NCBI GenBank assembly: GCA_046350615.1
Contig: JAXMAA010000004.1
Coordinates: 1 to 57,289, forward strand
Length of the DNA stretch: 57,289 nucleotides
From: Candidatus Saccharimonadales bacterium
GTDB taxonomy: Bacteria; Patescibacteriota; Saccharimonadia; Saccharimonadales; UBA7683
Direction of reading: 5' to 3'
Made by a program: the position numbers and the translations under genes
The notes under the pieces: generated by a model
Database searches by the model: none
What the model saw: the letters and a program-made list of their open reading frames with translations, nothing else
What the model was told of the DNA's origin: nothing
In this document: positions 1-9,922 of the stretch, one piece after another
How positions within the stretch are numbered: the stretch's first letter is position 1
Layout: every line of letters begins with the position of its first letter

Positions 1-442
1 TGAATACGCCCTTAGATACTGCATATTCATCAAAGTGTAGAATTTCATCTAGGATAGGGAAGCCCTCCTGGAGCACTCTCCCTCCAATTGCACTAACATC
101 AGGATGTTTAGCGTGTGAATCAAGGTGATTCCTGGCAAAGCTTTTGGGTATTTGAACATCGTCGTCAATGAATATCACAAGCTCTGTAGATACATGCTCA
201 AGTGCAAAGTTTTTGGCTGCCGTAACCGATGCTGGGCTAGCCCTGTAATAAGTGAGGCGTGGATCTTTCAGTAGTTTTTTAAGATCGGTCTGAAACTTTT
301 TAGAGTGCTCGGGAGATTGGTCCACAACCATAATTTCAATAGTTGCGCCAATCTGCCCCAGGCAGTCGCGGATTGAATTAAGCAAAACATCTTCACGGTT
401 GAAAGTGGGGATTACAATAGTGAGTTCAGGAACTGAGGACAT
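1..442 (-). CDS. GT2-family glycosyltransferase, 3' end outside the window (partial)
   Basis: Manual translation from ATG at 442: MSSVPELTIVIPTFNREDVLLNSIRDCL...IEIMVVDQSP, a GT-A N-terminal motif. Not in the ORF track. Confidence 0.85.
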   Translation of the reverse strand, partial: MSSVPELTIVIPTFNREDVLLNSIRDCLGQIGATIEIMVVDQSPEHSKKFQTDLKKLLKDPRLTYYRASPASVTAAKNFALEHVSTELVIFIDDDVQIPKSFARNHLDSHAKHPDVSAIGGRVLQEGFPILDEILHFDEYAVSKGVF

Positions 443-446
443 GATA

Positions 447-1358
447 TTACTTTGCACCCTGCTGGTTAAATGATCTACGTTCTAGTGTAGCTTTAATTAG
501 AGAAACTAGTAAGCGGATAGAGATAATGAAGTACCCATGGAGTACTGAAAAGCGAGCTGCCTGCAAAAGATTAACCTTAATACGCCGTACTCTTAAATCA
601 TCACCGAGTTTGATGTAGTGAGCAATCGAGATGTCAAAACCGCTTGGTATGAGTTCACTTCGATACTTCTTCCAAGCAAGTCTACGTATGCTACTACTTT
701 GCTGGATCTGTTTTGACTGGTTTTGTAGTGATATGCCAGCAGAATTCTCTCGGTATATATAAAGAGGCTCATTTACATTCGCAAATGCGCCTTGCACGCT
801 TAATTTGAGCCACAGATTATAATCTTCAGCTGGCCACGCTAAGGGATCGTAGAGACCAACAGTGGTGGCGGCTTGTTTACTAAACATCACTGAGCCATGT
901 GCAAACGGTGATCTGATTAACAGCTCTTGCTTAAGCTCACGATTGCCAAGGAGTACATGATGGGTGTGAAGGACTGTACTTTCTTCGCCCATAACTTTCA
1001 TAGAGGACCCGATTAAAACAGTATCAGGATGCCTGGATAGAAAGTCTACCTGTGTTTGAAGTCGAATTGGCTCGGAGGCATCGTCTGAATCCTGCCGGGC
1101 AATAAAGGCACCTTTCGCCTCACGAATCCCCTTATTTAGGCTATAGACAAGTCCGTGATTTTTCTGATTTATGATGGTAATGCGTGGATCTTTGTAGGAT
1201 TCGATTATCTCTCTGCTCGTGTCAGTTGATCCATCATTAATAATAATGAACTCAAAGTCACGAAATGTCTGATTTAAGATACTTTCAATTGCCCGTCCAA
1301 CATAATGCATGTCATTATAGACGCTCATTACCACGGTGACCAGAGGGGTATTTGGCAT
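447..1358 (-). CDS. GT2-family glycosyltransferase
   Basis: VTVVMSVYN, FEFIIINDGSTD, ARQDSDD (DxD), AEDYNLW. Confidence 0.92.
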   Translation of the reverse strand: MPNTPLVTVVMSVYNDMHYVGRAIESILNQTFRDFEFIIINDGSTDTSREIIESYKDPRITIINQKNHGLVYSLNKGIREAKGAFIARQDSDDASEPIRLQTQVDFLSRHPDTVLIGSSMKVMGEESTVLHTHHVLLGNRELKQELLIRSPFAHGSVMFSKQAATTVGLYDPLAWPAEDYNLWLKLSVQGAFANVNEPLYIYRENSAGISLQNQSKQIQQSSSIRRLAWKKYRSELIPSGFDISIAHYIKLGDDLRVRRIKVNLLQAARFSVLHGYFIISIRLLVSLIKATLERRSFNQQGAK

Positions 1359-1361
1359 AGC

Positions 1362-2246
1362 CTAAAGCCGTGTCCACTTATTTGGAATAATATCAATCGC
1401 GTTATCGGCATCTCTGTCTTGAAACCAGTTTTTAGGCGCAACTACAATCTTGCTCTTATGATCAGAAAGCCAGGCGCCCCACCAGCTAAATGAGCTATTG
1501 GCCATTACAAAATGCTTGCAGTGACGCATTACGTTCATGTCATCTGAACCTTTTTTATTACCCGAAATAAATGTTGTAGGTAAGTCAAATGTAAGATTTT
1601 TTTCGCACCAAGAAATATCGTTAGAGAAAATAAACAGCTTAAGGTTTTTTGACTTGGTGGTTTTCTGTAAGTGCTTTACAGCTTTTTTATAATAGTCTAC
1701 ACCAAGCACTCCGTGGAACTTAGAGTAGTTTTCGTTAGTTACATAGTCACCTCGTCTGAAGTGAAGTGCCACTGCGTCGCAGTTCTCAATTTTCTTAATA
1801 TAATCGGCGTTCTTTTTAGACAGTGGATCAGTGGTGGTTATTTCCGCAAGTAGTTCTTTCCGCAAGTCCTTAAAATATTTTTCTGTTTGCCAAAAACCTA
1901 TGAGCACTGAGTTGTTAGGAATATCTTTAAAGCTGGCATGGAACCCTTGGCCTTCCTCATAGTGCATCCAGAGTTTCTTACTGAGACCTAACTTTCTGAG
2001 TAGTGCATCTTTTTTACTTACTCCTTGCCGAGGGTCAACAACATTAAACTTTGTGAGGTTTTTGACAGTAGTAGCCTTCAGGTTGTAGCAGTCGATTTCA
2101 AAATCTCTGGGCGAATCAGGGTGTGCCTCTTCAAACCAAGAGAGGTCAAGCACCAATTCCGTATTATGAATATTAGCTAACTTTCTACCAATAGCATATT
2201 GAAAAAGTTGATTACTATGTCCACCCATTATTCGAACTACGATCAT
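1362..2246 (-). CDS. alpha-1,2-fucosyltransferase (GT11)
   Basis: GGHSNQLFQYA, GFWQTEKYF, HFRRGDY and NSSFSWWGAWL are the GT11 signature motifs. Confidence 0.93.
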   Translation of the reverse strand: MIVVRIMGGHSNQLFQYAIGRKLANIHNTELVLDLSWFEEAHPDSPRDFEIDCYNLKATTVKNLTKFNVVDPRQGVSKKDALLRKLGLSKKLWMHYEEGQGFHASFKDIPNNSVLIGFWQTEKYFKDLRKELLAEITTTDPLSKKNADYIKKIENCDAVALHFRRGDYVTNENYSKFHGVLGVDYYKKAVKHLQKTTKSKNLKLFIFSNDISWCEKNLTFDLPTTFISGNKKGSDDMNVMRHCKHFVMANSSFSWWGAWLSDHKSKIVVAPKNWFQDRDADNAIDIIPNKWTRL

Positions 2247-2250
2247 ACTA

Positions 2251-3444
2251 CTACTTTCTTTTTTTGGTTAAATCTTGATAAAGCGAAAGATACGTATCGG
2301 TAAGTTTGTCCCAGGTGTATTTTTTCTTCCAGGTTTTATGACCCGTCTCTCCGAGCTCTACTCTGCGCGCAGGTTGATGGGCGAGTTTTGTGAGCTTCCA
2401 CAGCGCATCTTTGCTATCAACCGTAACTCTTCCATTTGGTCTAGCATGGCTTTTGACTACAATGCCCGCACCGGTCCACTGCGCAATTTCTGCGGAGTTG
2501 CCGGCTTCAGATGTCAAGAATGGTGTACCTGCAGCAGCAGCTTCAAATAACACTAGAGGGCTGCACTCTATATTAGAGAGGAACACAAAAATATCTGCTG
2601 CTTTCATGAAGTTTTTAACAGTTTCTCTATCAGTACCATCTAGCATCACGACACGTTTACCGGGGAATTTTCGGCTTTGGTTGATTTTCCAGGCCTCGTC
2701 GACAAACCAGTCAAAGCAGCCATCGTGTGGTTTAAGTGTGCCTGCGCTTACCAATGTTGCATGACTAACGGGAAGGCGCTTAAATAAACTCAGTAGCTCA
2801 CGATGACCTTTTTCACCGGTATAGTTTCCGGTAGTCATGAGTACAAGACCGCCAACACCGTACCTATTCTTTAACAGTTTCTTAGCCTCTTCGGATATAC
2901 GTTCGGTAAACTCGTTTTCGTCAGCCCCATTTGGTATCACCTTAATATTTTTTAGCTTATGCTCGCGCGCAAAATCGATATCGCGATAATGATCAGCAAG
3001 ATATACCGTGGCATCGTACTTTTTTAGAGTTTCCGGTAGTTTCGTGAAGTAGTCTTCATAATTGGGGTCATAGAGTGCAGAGTACCCACACGGGACAAAG
3101 ACCTTCTTGGCACTTACATCATCAATTACTTCAAAGAATGCATCCGCAGTCCATTGCTGCGCAGCATAGTTCATTACAACATCAAAGTCGCTATTCTTTA
3201 AAAAATCTTGATACTTCTTTTTTTCACCCCTAAGACCATTCACGGCATTGCCGGTAATCTTAAAATCAACTATCTTTACGCCATTATACTCAGTAAAGTC
3301 ACGATCCTTAATGTATGAAGTTGCAACTGTAACATCATGACCCTGTTGAACCATGCGTTCACTAAGATGTCTTACAACCTCCTGGGCACCGCCAATTGAC
3401 GGGTAGTAGAACTCAACTGTATGTAAAATCTTTAACTTCTTCAT
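2251..3444 (-). CDS. GT4-family glycosyltransferase
   Basis: GGAQEVV, IPNGAD, EKGH, ECSPLVLFEAAAAGTP (EX7E). Confidence 0.9.
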   Translation of the reverse strand: MKKLKILHTVEFYYPSIGGAQEVVRHLSERMVQQGHDVTVATSYIKDRDFTEYNGVKIVDFKITGNAVNGLRGEKKKYQDFLKNSDFDVVMNYAAQQWTADAFFEVIDDVSAKKVFVPCGYSALYDPNYEDYFTKLPETLKKYDATVYLADHYRDIDFAREHKLKNIKVIPNGADENEFTERISEEAKKLLKNRYGVGGLVLMTTGNYTGEKGHRELLSLFKRLPVSHATLVSAGTLKPHDGCFDWFVDEAWKINQSRKFPGKRVVMLDGTDRETVKNFMKAADIFVFLSNIECSPLVLFEAAAAGTPFLTSEAGNSAEIAQWTGAGIVVKSHARPNGRVTVDSKDALWKLTKLAHQPARRVELGETGHKTWKKKYTWDKLTDTYLSLYQDLTKKRK

Positions 3445-4416
3445 CTATATAATCCTCCGAATTGATAGTTTCAGACTTGTTGGCAAATATTGTAATAATA
3501 GTATCGCATGTTTGGGTTTTATAGGCACGAGGCCTTGTATTATTTCAATGCCCTGTCGGGTGCGTCCGCGCAGAAGAGAAAACTTGGCAAGCGTAAACTG
3601 GTGACTTACGTATACATCTTTAACAGATTCAGTATATTTACCGTATATATCGGTTGTTATGGTGCGATAGCCATGAGTAACCTCGTAAGCGCTCTTTCGT
3701 ACGAATGGCTCTCTCCAGCATTCTTCTTGAATTTTAGCGATAAATTTTTGTTGCACATCGTTTTTAGACTGAGACTCACTATTAGGGTTGTTGATTCGAT
3801 ACTGGTACAGAACATCAGGCATCAAGCCTACTTCATATTTTTTAGAGATTCGCCTCCACAGCTCATAATCCTCAGTGGGCCCATATTTAGTGGTATATTC
3901 TCCAACGGTAGCAATGGCATCTTTTCTGTACATTGCCGCGCCATGGGCAAACGGGTTAGTAAAGTAAAATGCTCTTCTTAGGTCATCGTTCTGAATTGGA
4001 AAAACTAGTGTAGTACCAATGGGTTCGGATGTTTTGAAGTCTATAAGTTCAAAGAAGGTACTGACTAAGCCTCTGCTATTATCCTGGTTAAGCCACTCAA
4101 CTTCTTTTTCAAATCTATTTGGTAAGGAAATATCATCCGCATCCATGCGTGCTATGTATTTACCTTTTGCCTTAGATATACCCTTGTTTAGGCTGGCAAT
4201 AAGACCAATATTTTTCTGATTAATCGATACAATACGCGGATCTTTATAAGAATCAATAATTTTTTTAGATGAATCTGTAGATCCATCATTAATAATAATG
4301 AACTCAAAATCACGAAACGTCTGATTTAAGATACTTTCGATAGCAGCTTTGAGAAAATCCTCACCATTATAAACGGACATAACTACGCTTATGAGTGGTG
4401 TCGACTTTGCCTTCAC
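3445..4416 (-). CDS. GT2-family glycosyltransferase (paralog of 447..1358)
   Basis: ISVVMSVYN, FEFIIINDGSTD, ARMDADD, TEDYELW. Confidence 0.92.
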   Translation of the reverse strand: MKAKSTPLISVVMSVYNGEDFLKAAIESILNQTFRDFEFIIINDGSTDSSKKIIDSYKDPRIVSINQKNIGLIASLNKGISKAKGKYIARMDADDISLPNRFEKEVEWLNQDNSRGLVSTFFELIDFKTSEPIGTTLVFPIQNDDLRRAFYFTNPFAHGAAMYRKDAIATVGEYTTKYGPTEDYELWRRISKKYEVGLMPDVLYQYRINNPNSESQSKNDVQQKFIAKIQEECWREPFVRKSAYEVTHGYRTITTDIYGKYTESVKDVYVSHQFTLAKFSLLRGRTRQGIEIIQGLVPIKPKHAILLLQYLPTSLKLSIRRII

Positions 4417-4419
4417 GTG

Positions 4420-5163
4420 CTAAGCCTTACATCTTGCAATAAGCCCAGGAAATGTTAGACCGGGAGAAGTGGTTGAATTTGACCCAGCATAAAATGAGAT
4501 TTCAACAGTCTTAAATCCACAATCTCGAATAAGACGCTCTAATGTTACGGGGGAGTAATAATAGTAGTGCTCTGGATGGACAACTTCGTTTCCAATAAGC
4601 GCTGCTAAAAATCCCACGCTTGTAAAGGCATTTGGTGTGGTAATAATAAGCTCAGCGTCATTAAGTTCGCATAGACTACGAAGATTCTTTAAGGCTTCAC
4701 CAGGGCTCATAAGGTGCTCAAGTATCTCACCAAATAATATTACGTCAAACCCCTTGTTGTATTGACCAATGTTTTTAATTGGCTCGCAGATATCAAGTGT
4801 CCAGTTTTTTTCGTCGCCTGTAACGGATCGATAGGTATCAATAGCTTCCTGGTCTATATCAGCGCCCCAGACTTCCTTGGCGCCTTTTTGTATGTCGATG
4901 TGGAGTAGCTCTCCGCTTTTTATTCTTTCGGCCGTGAATGGTGAATCCGCGAAACCAAAGTGCAGAACCTTTTTATTCTTACACTGCTTTAGTAAGAAAT
5001 CTTTTCGTATTGCCGGCTTTGCAATTTTGGCGGATGGTTTGTTATAGAAAACACCATCATCATAGTCGGGCCAGTTGCCTAGTGTGCTTGCTAGCTCGCC
5101 TAGATCTGCTATGTGTTTCTTTAATTGCTCCTGCACTTTTCTGGTGTGTTCGGTATTATCCAT
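4420..5163 (-). CDS. Class I SAM-dependent methyltransferase
   Basis: KVLHFGFAD, WGADID, FDVILFGEILEHL, LIITTPN. Confidence 0.8.
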   Translation of the reverse strand: MDNTEHTRKVQEQLKKHIADLGELASTLGNWPDYDDGVFYNKPSAKIAKPAIRKDFLLKQCKNKKVLHFGFADSPFTAERIKSGELLHIDIQKGAKEVWGADIDQEAIDTYRSVTGDEKNWTLDICEPIKNIGQYNKGFDVILFGEILEHLMSPGEALKNLRSLCELNDAELIITTPNAFTSVGFLAALIGNEVVHPEHYYYYSPVTLERLIRDCGFKTVEISFYAGSNSTTSPGLTFPGLIARCKA

Positions 5164-5168
5164 AATGG

Positions 5169-6461
5169 CTAAGAACCTCCTTTTTTAATCTTCCAGTCTA
5201 GAATTGGTGCGGCGTACCCCGAGCGTGGCACTTTCCAGAAAGGTGATGCACTAAGTCCACCGTTTATTCGATACTCAACAGAGGGGTTAGTCATATTCTC
5301 TGGCTCAAACGACCATCTACTTCCGTGTACACCGCCATACATAACAATCTTATAGTCACCCTCATTCAAGAAGTGCTTAGGGATTTTACATATAAGCGTG
5401 TGAGTTCCAACTTTCATTTTTTGAGGACGACTATCGGGGCTATCTGTAAATGCTGAAACAAACACAGTTGCATTGTTTTGGTTGTGCATACTAAATCCAA
5501 TAGTGTAGTTTTCAGATTCTTTCTTCACGCCCACAACGATATTAAGATAGTGGTCAGCATCATTTCTCACGTCTTTGGTGACGGTTTTGTTTTCGCTATC
5601 AGTGATAAAAATAGATCGAGGGACTATGTCATCGTCTGAAGTGTCGCCATTATTTTCCCAGGTGCTTCTTAGTTTTCGCTTAGATAAGTCTGGGAGCATC
5701 AAAGAGTTGTATCGATTAACCAGTTCTTCGGTTTTTCCAACAAAATCAACCTTACCGTTTTTCAGCAAGACACCTCTAGAGCAGAGCTGCTGCACAGCGC
5801 CCATGCTATGGCTAACAAAGAGAACTGTTCGGCCATCGTTCATAGTGTCAAGAATCTTATTTAATGACTTCTTTTGGAATGACGCATCACCTACGGCCAG
5901 TACTTCATCAAGAATAAGAATATCAGGTTCAAGGTGGGCGGCTACAGAAAAGGCGAGTCGAACGTACATACCTGAAGAGTAGAACTTAACAGGTGTGTCT
6001 ATAAATTTCTCAATCTCTGAAAATTCAACAATTTCGTCAAACTTTTTACGAATCTCACGCCGACTCATGCCGAGCATTGAGCCGTTGAAGTATATGTTTT
6101 CACGACCTGTAAGTTCTGGGTGAAAACCTGTTCCAACTTCAAGTAGACTTGCTGTTCTTCCGCGCAGGTCTGCTGTTCCCTTGGTTGGGGTTACGATACG
6201 GGATAGAATTTTCAGAAGGGTTGATTTTCCCGAGCCATTTCTACCGACAATACCAAAAACCTCACCTTTGTTTACGGTAAACGAGACATCATCAAGTGCC
6301 CAGAAGGTTTCTTGCTTGTCGCCGTGCTCTTCACTGATAGGGTGTTTAAGGAGGTTTGCAAAGCTATCCTTGATTGTATCAGATCGCTTGCCTGTTTTGT
6401 GCGTGATCTGATAGCTCTTTGATAGGCCACGAACTTCAATTACTGGATCATCCTGACTCAT
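5169..6461 (-). CDS. wzt: Wzt-type polysaccharide ABC transporter ATPase with C-terminal (Wzt_C-like) extension
   Basis: GRNGSGKST, FHPELTGRENI, YSSGMYVRLAF, LILDEVLAVGD and a ~170-aa beta-rich C-terminal domain. Confidence 0.92.
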   Translation of the reverse strand: MSQDDPVIEVRGLSKSYQITHKTGKRSDTIKDSFANLLKHPISEEHGDKQETFWALDDVSFTVNKGEVFGIVGRNGSGKSTLLKILSRIVTPTKGTADLRGRTASLLEVGTGFHPELTGRENIYFNGSMLGMSRREIRKKFDEIVEFSEIEKFIDTPVKFYSSGMYVRLAFSVAAHLEPDILILDEVLAVGDASFQKKSLNKILDTMNDGRTVLFVSHSMGAVQQLCSRGVLLKNGKVDFVGKTEELVNRYNSLMLPDLSKRKLRSTWENNGDTSDDDIVPRSIFITDSENKTVTKDVRNDADHYLNIVVGVKKESENYTIGFSMHNQNNATVFVSAFTDSPDSRPQKMKVGTHTLICKIPKHFLNEGDYKIVMYGGVHGSRWSFEPENMTNPSVEYRINGGLSASPFWKVPRSGYAAPILDWKIKKGGS

Positions 6462-7288
6462 AATACGTCCACAAAACCTTTCTCTGAGCGCTTAAAGTAT
6501 ACGAAAGAAAAAATTAGAATTACTATCCCCGAAAGAAAGGATATCAGGAATCCAGTCCACGGAACGGGTTCACCAAACATGGTCGCCCGAATAGTGCTCA
6601 CAGCGCCCGCCACCGGGTTTAAGTATGTAAAGATTTGCAGACTCTCCGGGATCCGTGAGACAGGGTAAATAACTGGAGTAGCAAAGAGCATGAGCTGTGT
6701 AATAAACGGTAGGGCAGAACGTACATCCCGATACTTAACATTCAGTGCAGCAAAGAATATGCCGATACCGAGTGCTCCAAGAACAACAAGCGCTAGGCAG
6801 GGTAGAATCATAAGAATTCCAAGTAGTTGTGGTGTTACCTTAAAGTAAATAAGAATTGGTACAAAAATTATTGAAGCAAAAAAGAAATCTACAACGCTGA
6901 GTGCAACTGCAGAGAGAGGCGGAATAAGGCGAGGAAAGTAGATTTTTGTGAGTACACCAGTGTTGCTAACGAGTGAATTGCCTACTGTACCGAGAGCGCT
7001 GGAAAAGCAGTTCCAGTAAGTTAGTCCTAGATACGCAAATACAGCATATGGGACAGCATCGGATTCAATGCCAGCTACTTTGTTGAAAAATAGTGTGAAC
7101 ACGCCGGTTGCGAGAAAAGGCTGCAATATTGCCCATCCGGCACCCAAGAAAGTCTGTTTATAGCGTACCTTAATATCTCTCCACGAGAAAAAGAAGAAGA
7201 GTTCTCTGTAAATCCACAGTTCACGTAAGCCAGTACGCCTCTTTTCGCTGTCGTTTCCAATATGGATGGCTCCAGTGACACTACGCAT
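6458..7288 (-). CDS. wzm: Wzm-type polysaccharide ABC transporter permease
   Basis: RDIKVRYKQTFLGAGW, TKIYFPR, TPVIYP; multiple TM segments; overlaps wzt. Confidence 0.92.
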   Translation of the reverse strand: MRSVTGAIHIGNDSEKRRTGLRELWIYRELFFFFSWRDIKVRYKQTFLGAGWAILQPFLATGVFTLFFNKVAGIESDAVPYAVFAYLGLTYWNCFSSALGTVGNSLVSNTGVLTKIYFPRLIPPLSAVALSVVDFFFASIIFVPILIYFKVTPQLLGILMILPCLALVVLGALGIGIFFAALNVKYRDVRSALPFITQLMLFATPVIYPVSRIPESLQIFTYLNPVAGAVSTIRATMFGEPVPWTGFLISFLSGIVILIFSFVYFKRSEKGFVDVL

Positions 7289-8348
7289 TTTGCTGCTCTC
7301 TATACCATGAAATTGTGCGCTCTAAACCTTCTTTAAGTTCTATTTCGTGCTTCCAGCCGAGCTTATTAAGCTTATCAACGCTAAGTAGCTTCTTCATTGT
7401 TCCATCTGGTTTGCTTGGATCAAATGCGAGTTCTCCGGTAAAGCCGATAATATCTTTAATCATGTGCGCAAGTTCACTAATTGTGACATCAGAACCAGTA
7501 CCAACATTTAGCTGTGTGGAGCGCACTTCTTTGCCCGAAGCAACATCACTGAAGTTAAGATTTTCCATAACGAACACGCAGGCAGCAGCCATGTCATCAA
7601 CGTGTAGGAACTCACGATATGGCTTTCCGCTTCCCCAGAGACTTAAGACTACACCATCACTGGTTCGACTAATGCCGTATTTACTAATTAAATCAAGAAT
7701 CTGTTCTTCTGATTCAAATACTACTTCAAGGTTTTTAGCAATTGCTTCAAAGTTATCTTCCTCTAGATATCGAGCAAGCAACGTTTTGCGGATCAAGGCA
7801 GGCATGACGTGGGATTTCTCTAAATCAAAGTTGTCATTATATCCGTATAGATTTGTTGGCATAACAGAAAGGTAGTTTGTGCCATACTGTAAATTGAAGC
7901 TTTCGATTAAGTTAATGCCAGCAATTTTAGCAAGAGCATAAGGCTCATTAGTGTATTCAAGAGGACCTGTTAAAAGACTATCTTCTGTAAGTGGCTGAGG
8001 GGCTTCTTTGGGGTAAATACAGCTACTGCCTAAGAACAGTAGTTTTGTAACTCCATTGTCGTAACTTGATTTAATAATGTTGTTTTGAATTGTTAGATTA
8101 TCAAGAATAAAGTCAGCACGGTATGTGTTATTAGCCATGATCCCGCCAACCCTGGCTGCAGCTAGAAATACGTAATTTGGTTTTTCGTCAGCAAAAAATT
8201 TGGCGGTAGCTGTTTGGTCACGCAAATCAAGTTCCTGTGACGTCTTTAAAATAAAATTCGTGTATCCTTGCTGTTTTAGTTTTCGAAGTATAGCATTTCC
8301 AACTAAACCTCCATGACCTGCAATATAAATTTTACCGTTTTTATCCAT
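7281..8348 (-). CDS. fcl: GDP-L-fucose synthase
   Basis: GHGGLVG, AARVGGIMAN, LGSSCIYPK, EPYALAK, PTNLYG, KPDGTMKKL. Confidence 0.95.
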   Translation of the reverse strand: MDKNGKIYIAGHGGLVGNAILRKLKQQGYTNFILKTSQELDLRDQTATAKFFADEKPNYVFLAAARVGGIMANNTYRADFILDNLTIQNNIIKSSYDNGVTKLLFLGSSCIYPKEAPQPLTEDSLLTGPLEYTNEPYALAKIAGINLIESFNLQYGTNYLSVMPTNLYGYNDNFDLEKSHVMPALIRKTLLARYLEEDNFEAIAKNLEVVFESEEQILDLISKYGISRTSDGVVLSLWGSGKPYREFLHVDDMAAACVFVMENLNFSDVASGKEVRSTQLNVGTGSDVTISELAHMIKDIIGFTGELAFDPSKPDGTMKKLLSVDKLNKLGWKHEIELKEGLERTISWYREQQNA

Positions 8349-8418
8349 TAACTCTCCTGTGCTTCAAATATTATAACAAGAAACTCTCAGATAGCTTACA
8401 TCTAGCCGTATCAAGGGT

Positions 8419-9873
8419 TTATTGTGCAATTACTGCATCTACCCTGTAGTAATCAGCCATATTCTCATTGATCCATAGTAACGGGTCACCTGTTGGTGCA
8501 GCAACTCCACCGATAGGTAGTGGTTTTATATATAGAGTTGAGTTATTTTTGGCGAGCTGGTCTTTTATATGAACCTCTTGTTGGTCAAAGACTGATGCGC
8601 GTTCTCTGATTTGTCTGGTTTGGGCAACTAGCTTCCCTTGAGTGCTATATACACCGATTGCCAGAACGATAGCGGCAGCAACAGCTGAGCAGTTTCTAAG
8701 GGCTTTAAGCATCTGTAAATTCAGTCTTTTTATGCCGTGAGCTGATACTAGCGCTAGAGCGACGCCAAGCAATACCAATGACAGTACAAGCGAAAGTTCA
8801 TATGGTAGGTATGCACGTTCGGGTGGATTTCCTCCTTGTCCAGTAAGAGACAAGAGTGTTATAAGGGACAGTGTTACTGCCGGTGATATACTAATTACAA
8901 ACAGTGTCGCTAAGATTTTTATCGGTCTGAGCGCGGCTCGCTTTACAGCTAGAAGATCAACTGATATGAATGCCAGACTAAGCACCAAAGAGACCAGTGT
9001 AATAAAAATGCCAAGCAGTATATATCTAGGTAGGGTGAGCGTGTGTGTTAGAAACTCAAATGACAAGTACAAGACACGTTTAAAGTCGAGATGGTTAACC
9101 TGTGCAATGCTTCTCCTGTACTGTGTTGCAGGAAGATAGAAATTGATAAAAAAACTTCCTACGAATCCAAGAAGTACAAACATGCACGGCTGTAATCTTT
9201 TAAGTTTTTCTCGTAGGCTATGGCCCTGCACCCAGAGCAGACTTGTGCCGGCTGCAGCTAGCACGAAATAAGCGCCGGTTATTGCTGCTAGCTCATTGAA
9301 TCCGCCTATGACTGCTGCTACTAATGCAAAAAGACCATAGCTGAATAATGAGGTTTTACTTCCGGACACTCTTACGAGCACTGCTGCTAAAACTATCGTT
9401 AAAACGAATGGTAGCCCATAGCTAATTAGCCCCGGCAACCAATAGTATGCTTGGTATCTGTTGATTGGCATAACCAGGCACCCAAAAGTTGTAAGCAGCG
9501 TCAAACAAATAGACGCGTATCGAGAGTCTATTTTGCCCCCAAGCTTATAGAATGCCCACTTGTAAAGCACGTAGGACCCGCTCGCGATAGTGCCTACATA
9601 TATAAAAGGAGTGAGAAATATAAATATACCTGGTGCATACTTGTAAAAAACGTAGATAGAGAAAGCGTTTGTAAAACGACCATTTAGAAGGGTGAAGAAG
9701 GTGTGGTGATAGTCTACGAAGTCCTTTCTAGTTAGTACAACAAGTGAGAAGTCGTCACCAGAAGGTCTTATCCCCAAGCTCGTAGAGAGCACGAGGACTA
9801 TAGGAGTGGCTAGTAGTGTGATTACTAACGTGATGAATATAAATTTTTTGGACAAGAGTTTTTTCTTTATCAT
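8419..9873 (-). CDS. Polytopic membrane protein, putative GT-C/GtrC-like glycosyl-transfer protein
   Basis: N-terminal RPSGDDF acidic motif, NGRF, many TM helices; sits next to GtrA and a polyprenol-type GT2. Confidence 0.55.
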   Translation of the reverse strand: MIKKKLLSKKFIFITLVITLLATPIVLVLSTSLGIRPSGDDFSLVVLTRKDFVDYHHTFFTLLNGRFTNAFSIYVFYKYAPGIFIFLTPFIYVGTIASGSYVLYKWAFYKLGGKIDSRYASICLTLLTTFGCLVMPINRYQAYYWLPGLISYGLPFVLTIVLAAVLVRVSGSKTSLFSYGLFALVAAVIGGFNELAAITGAYFVLAAAGTSLLWVQGHSLREKLKRLQPCMFVLLGFVGSFFINFYLPATQYRRSIAQVNHLDFKRVLYLSFEFLTHTLTLPRYILLGIFITLVSLVLSLAFISVDLLAVKRAALRPIKILATLFVISISPAVTLSLITLLSLTGQGGNPPERAYLPYELSLVLSLVLLGVALALVSAHGIKRLNLQMLKALRNCSAVAAAIVLAIGVYSTQGKLVAQTRQIRERASVFDQQEVHIKDQLAKNNSTLYIKPLPIGGVAAPTGDPLLWINENMADYYRVDAVIAQ

Positions 9874-9922
9874 GCCTACACTATACTATAGCTAAGATTA
9901 AAGAGAGGCTCCAAGGAACACT

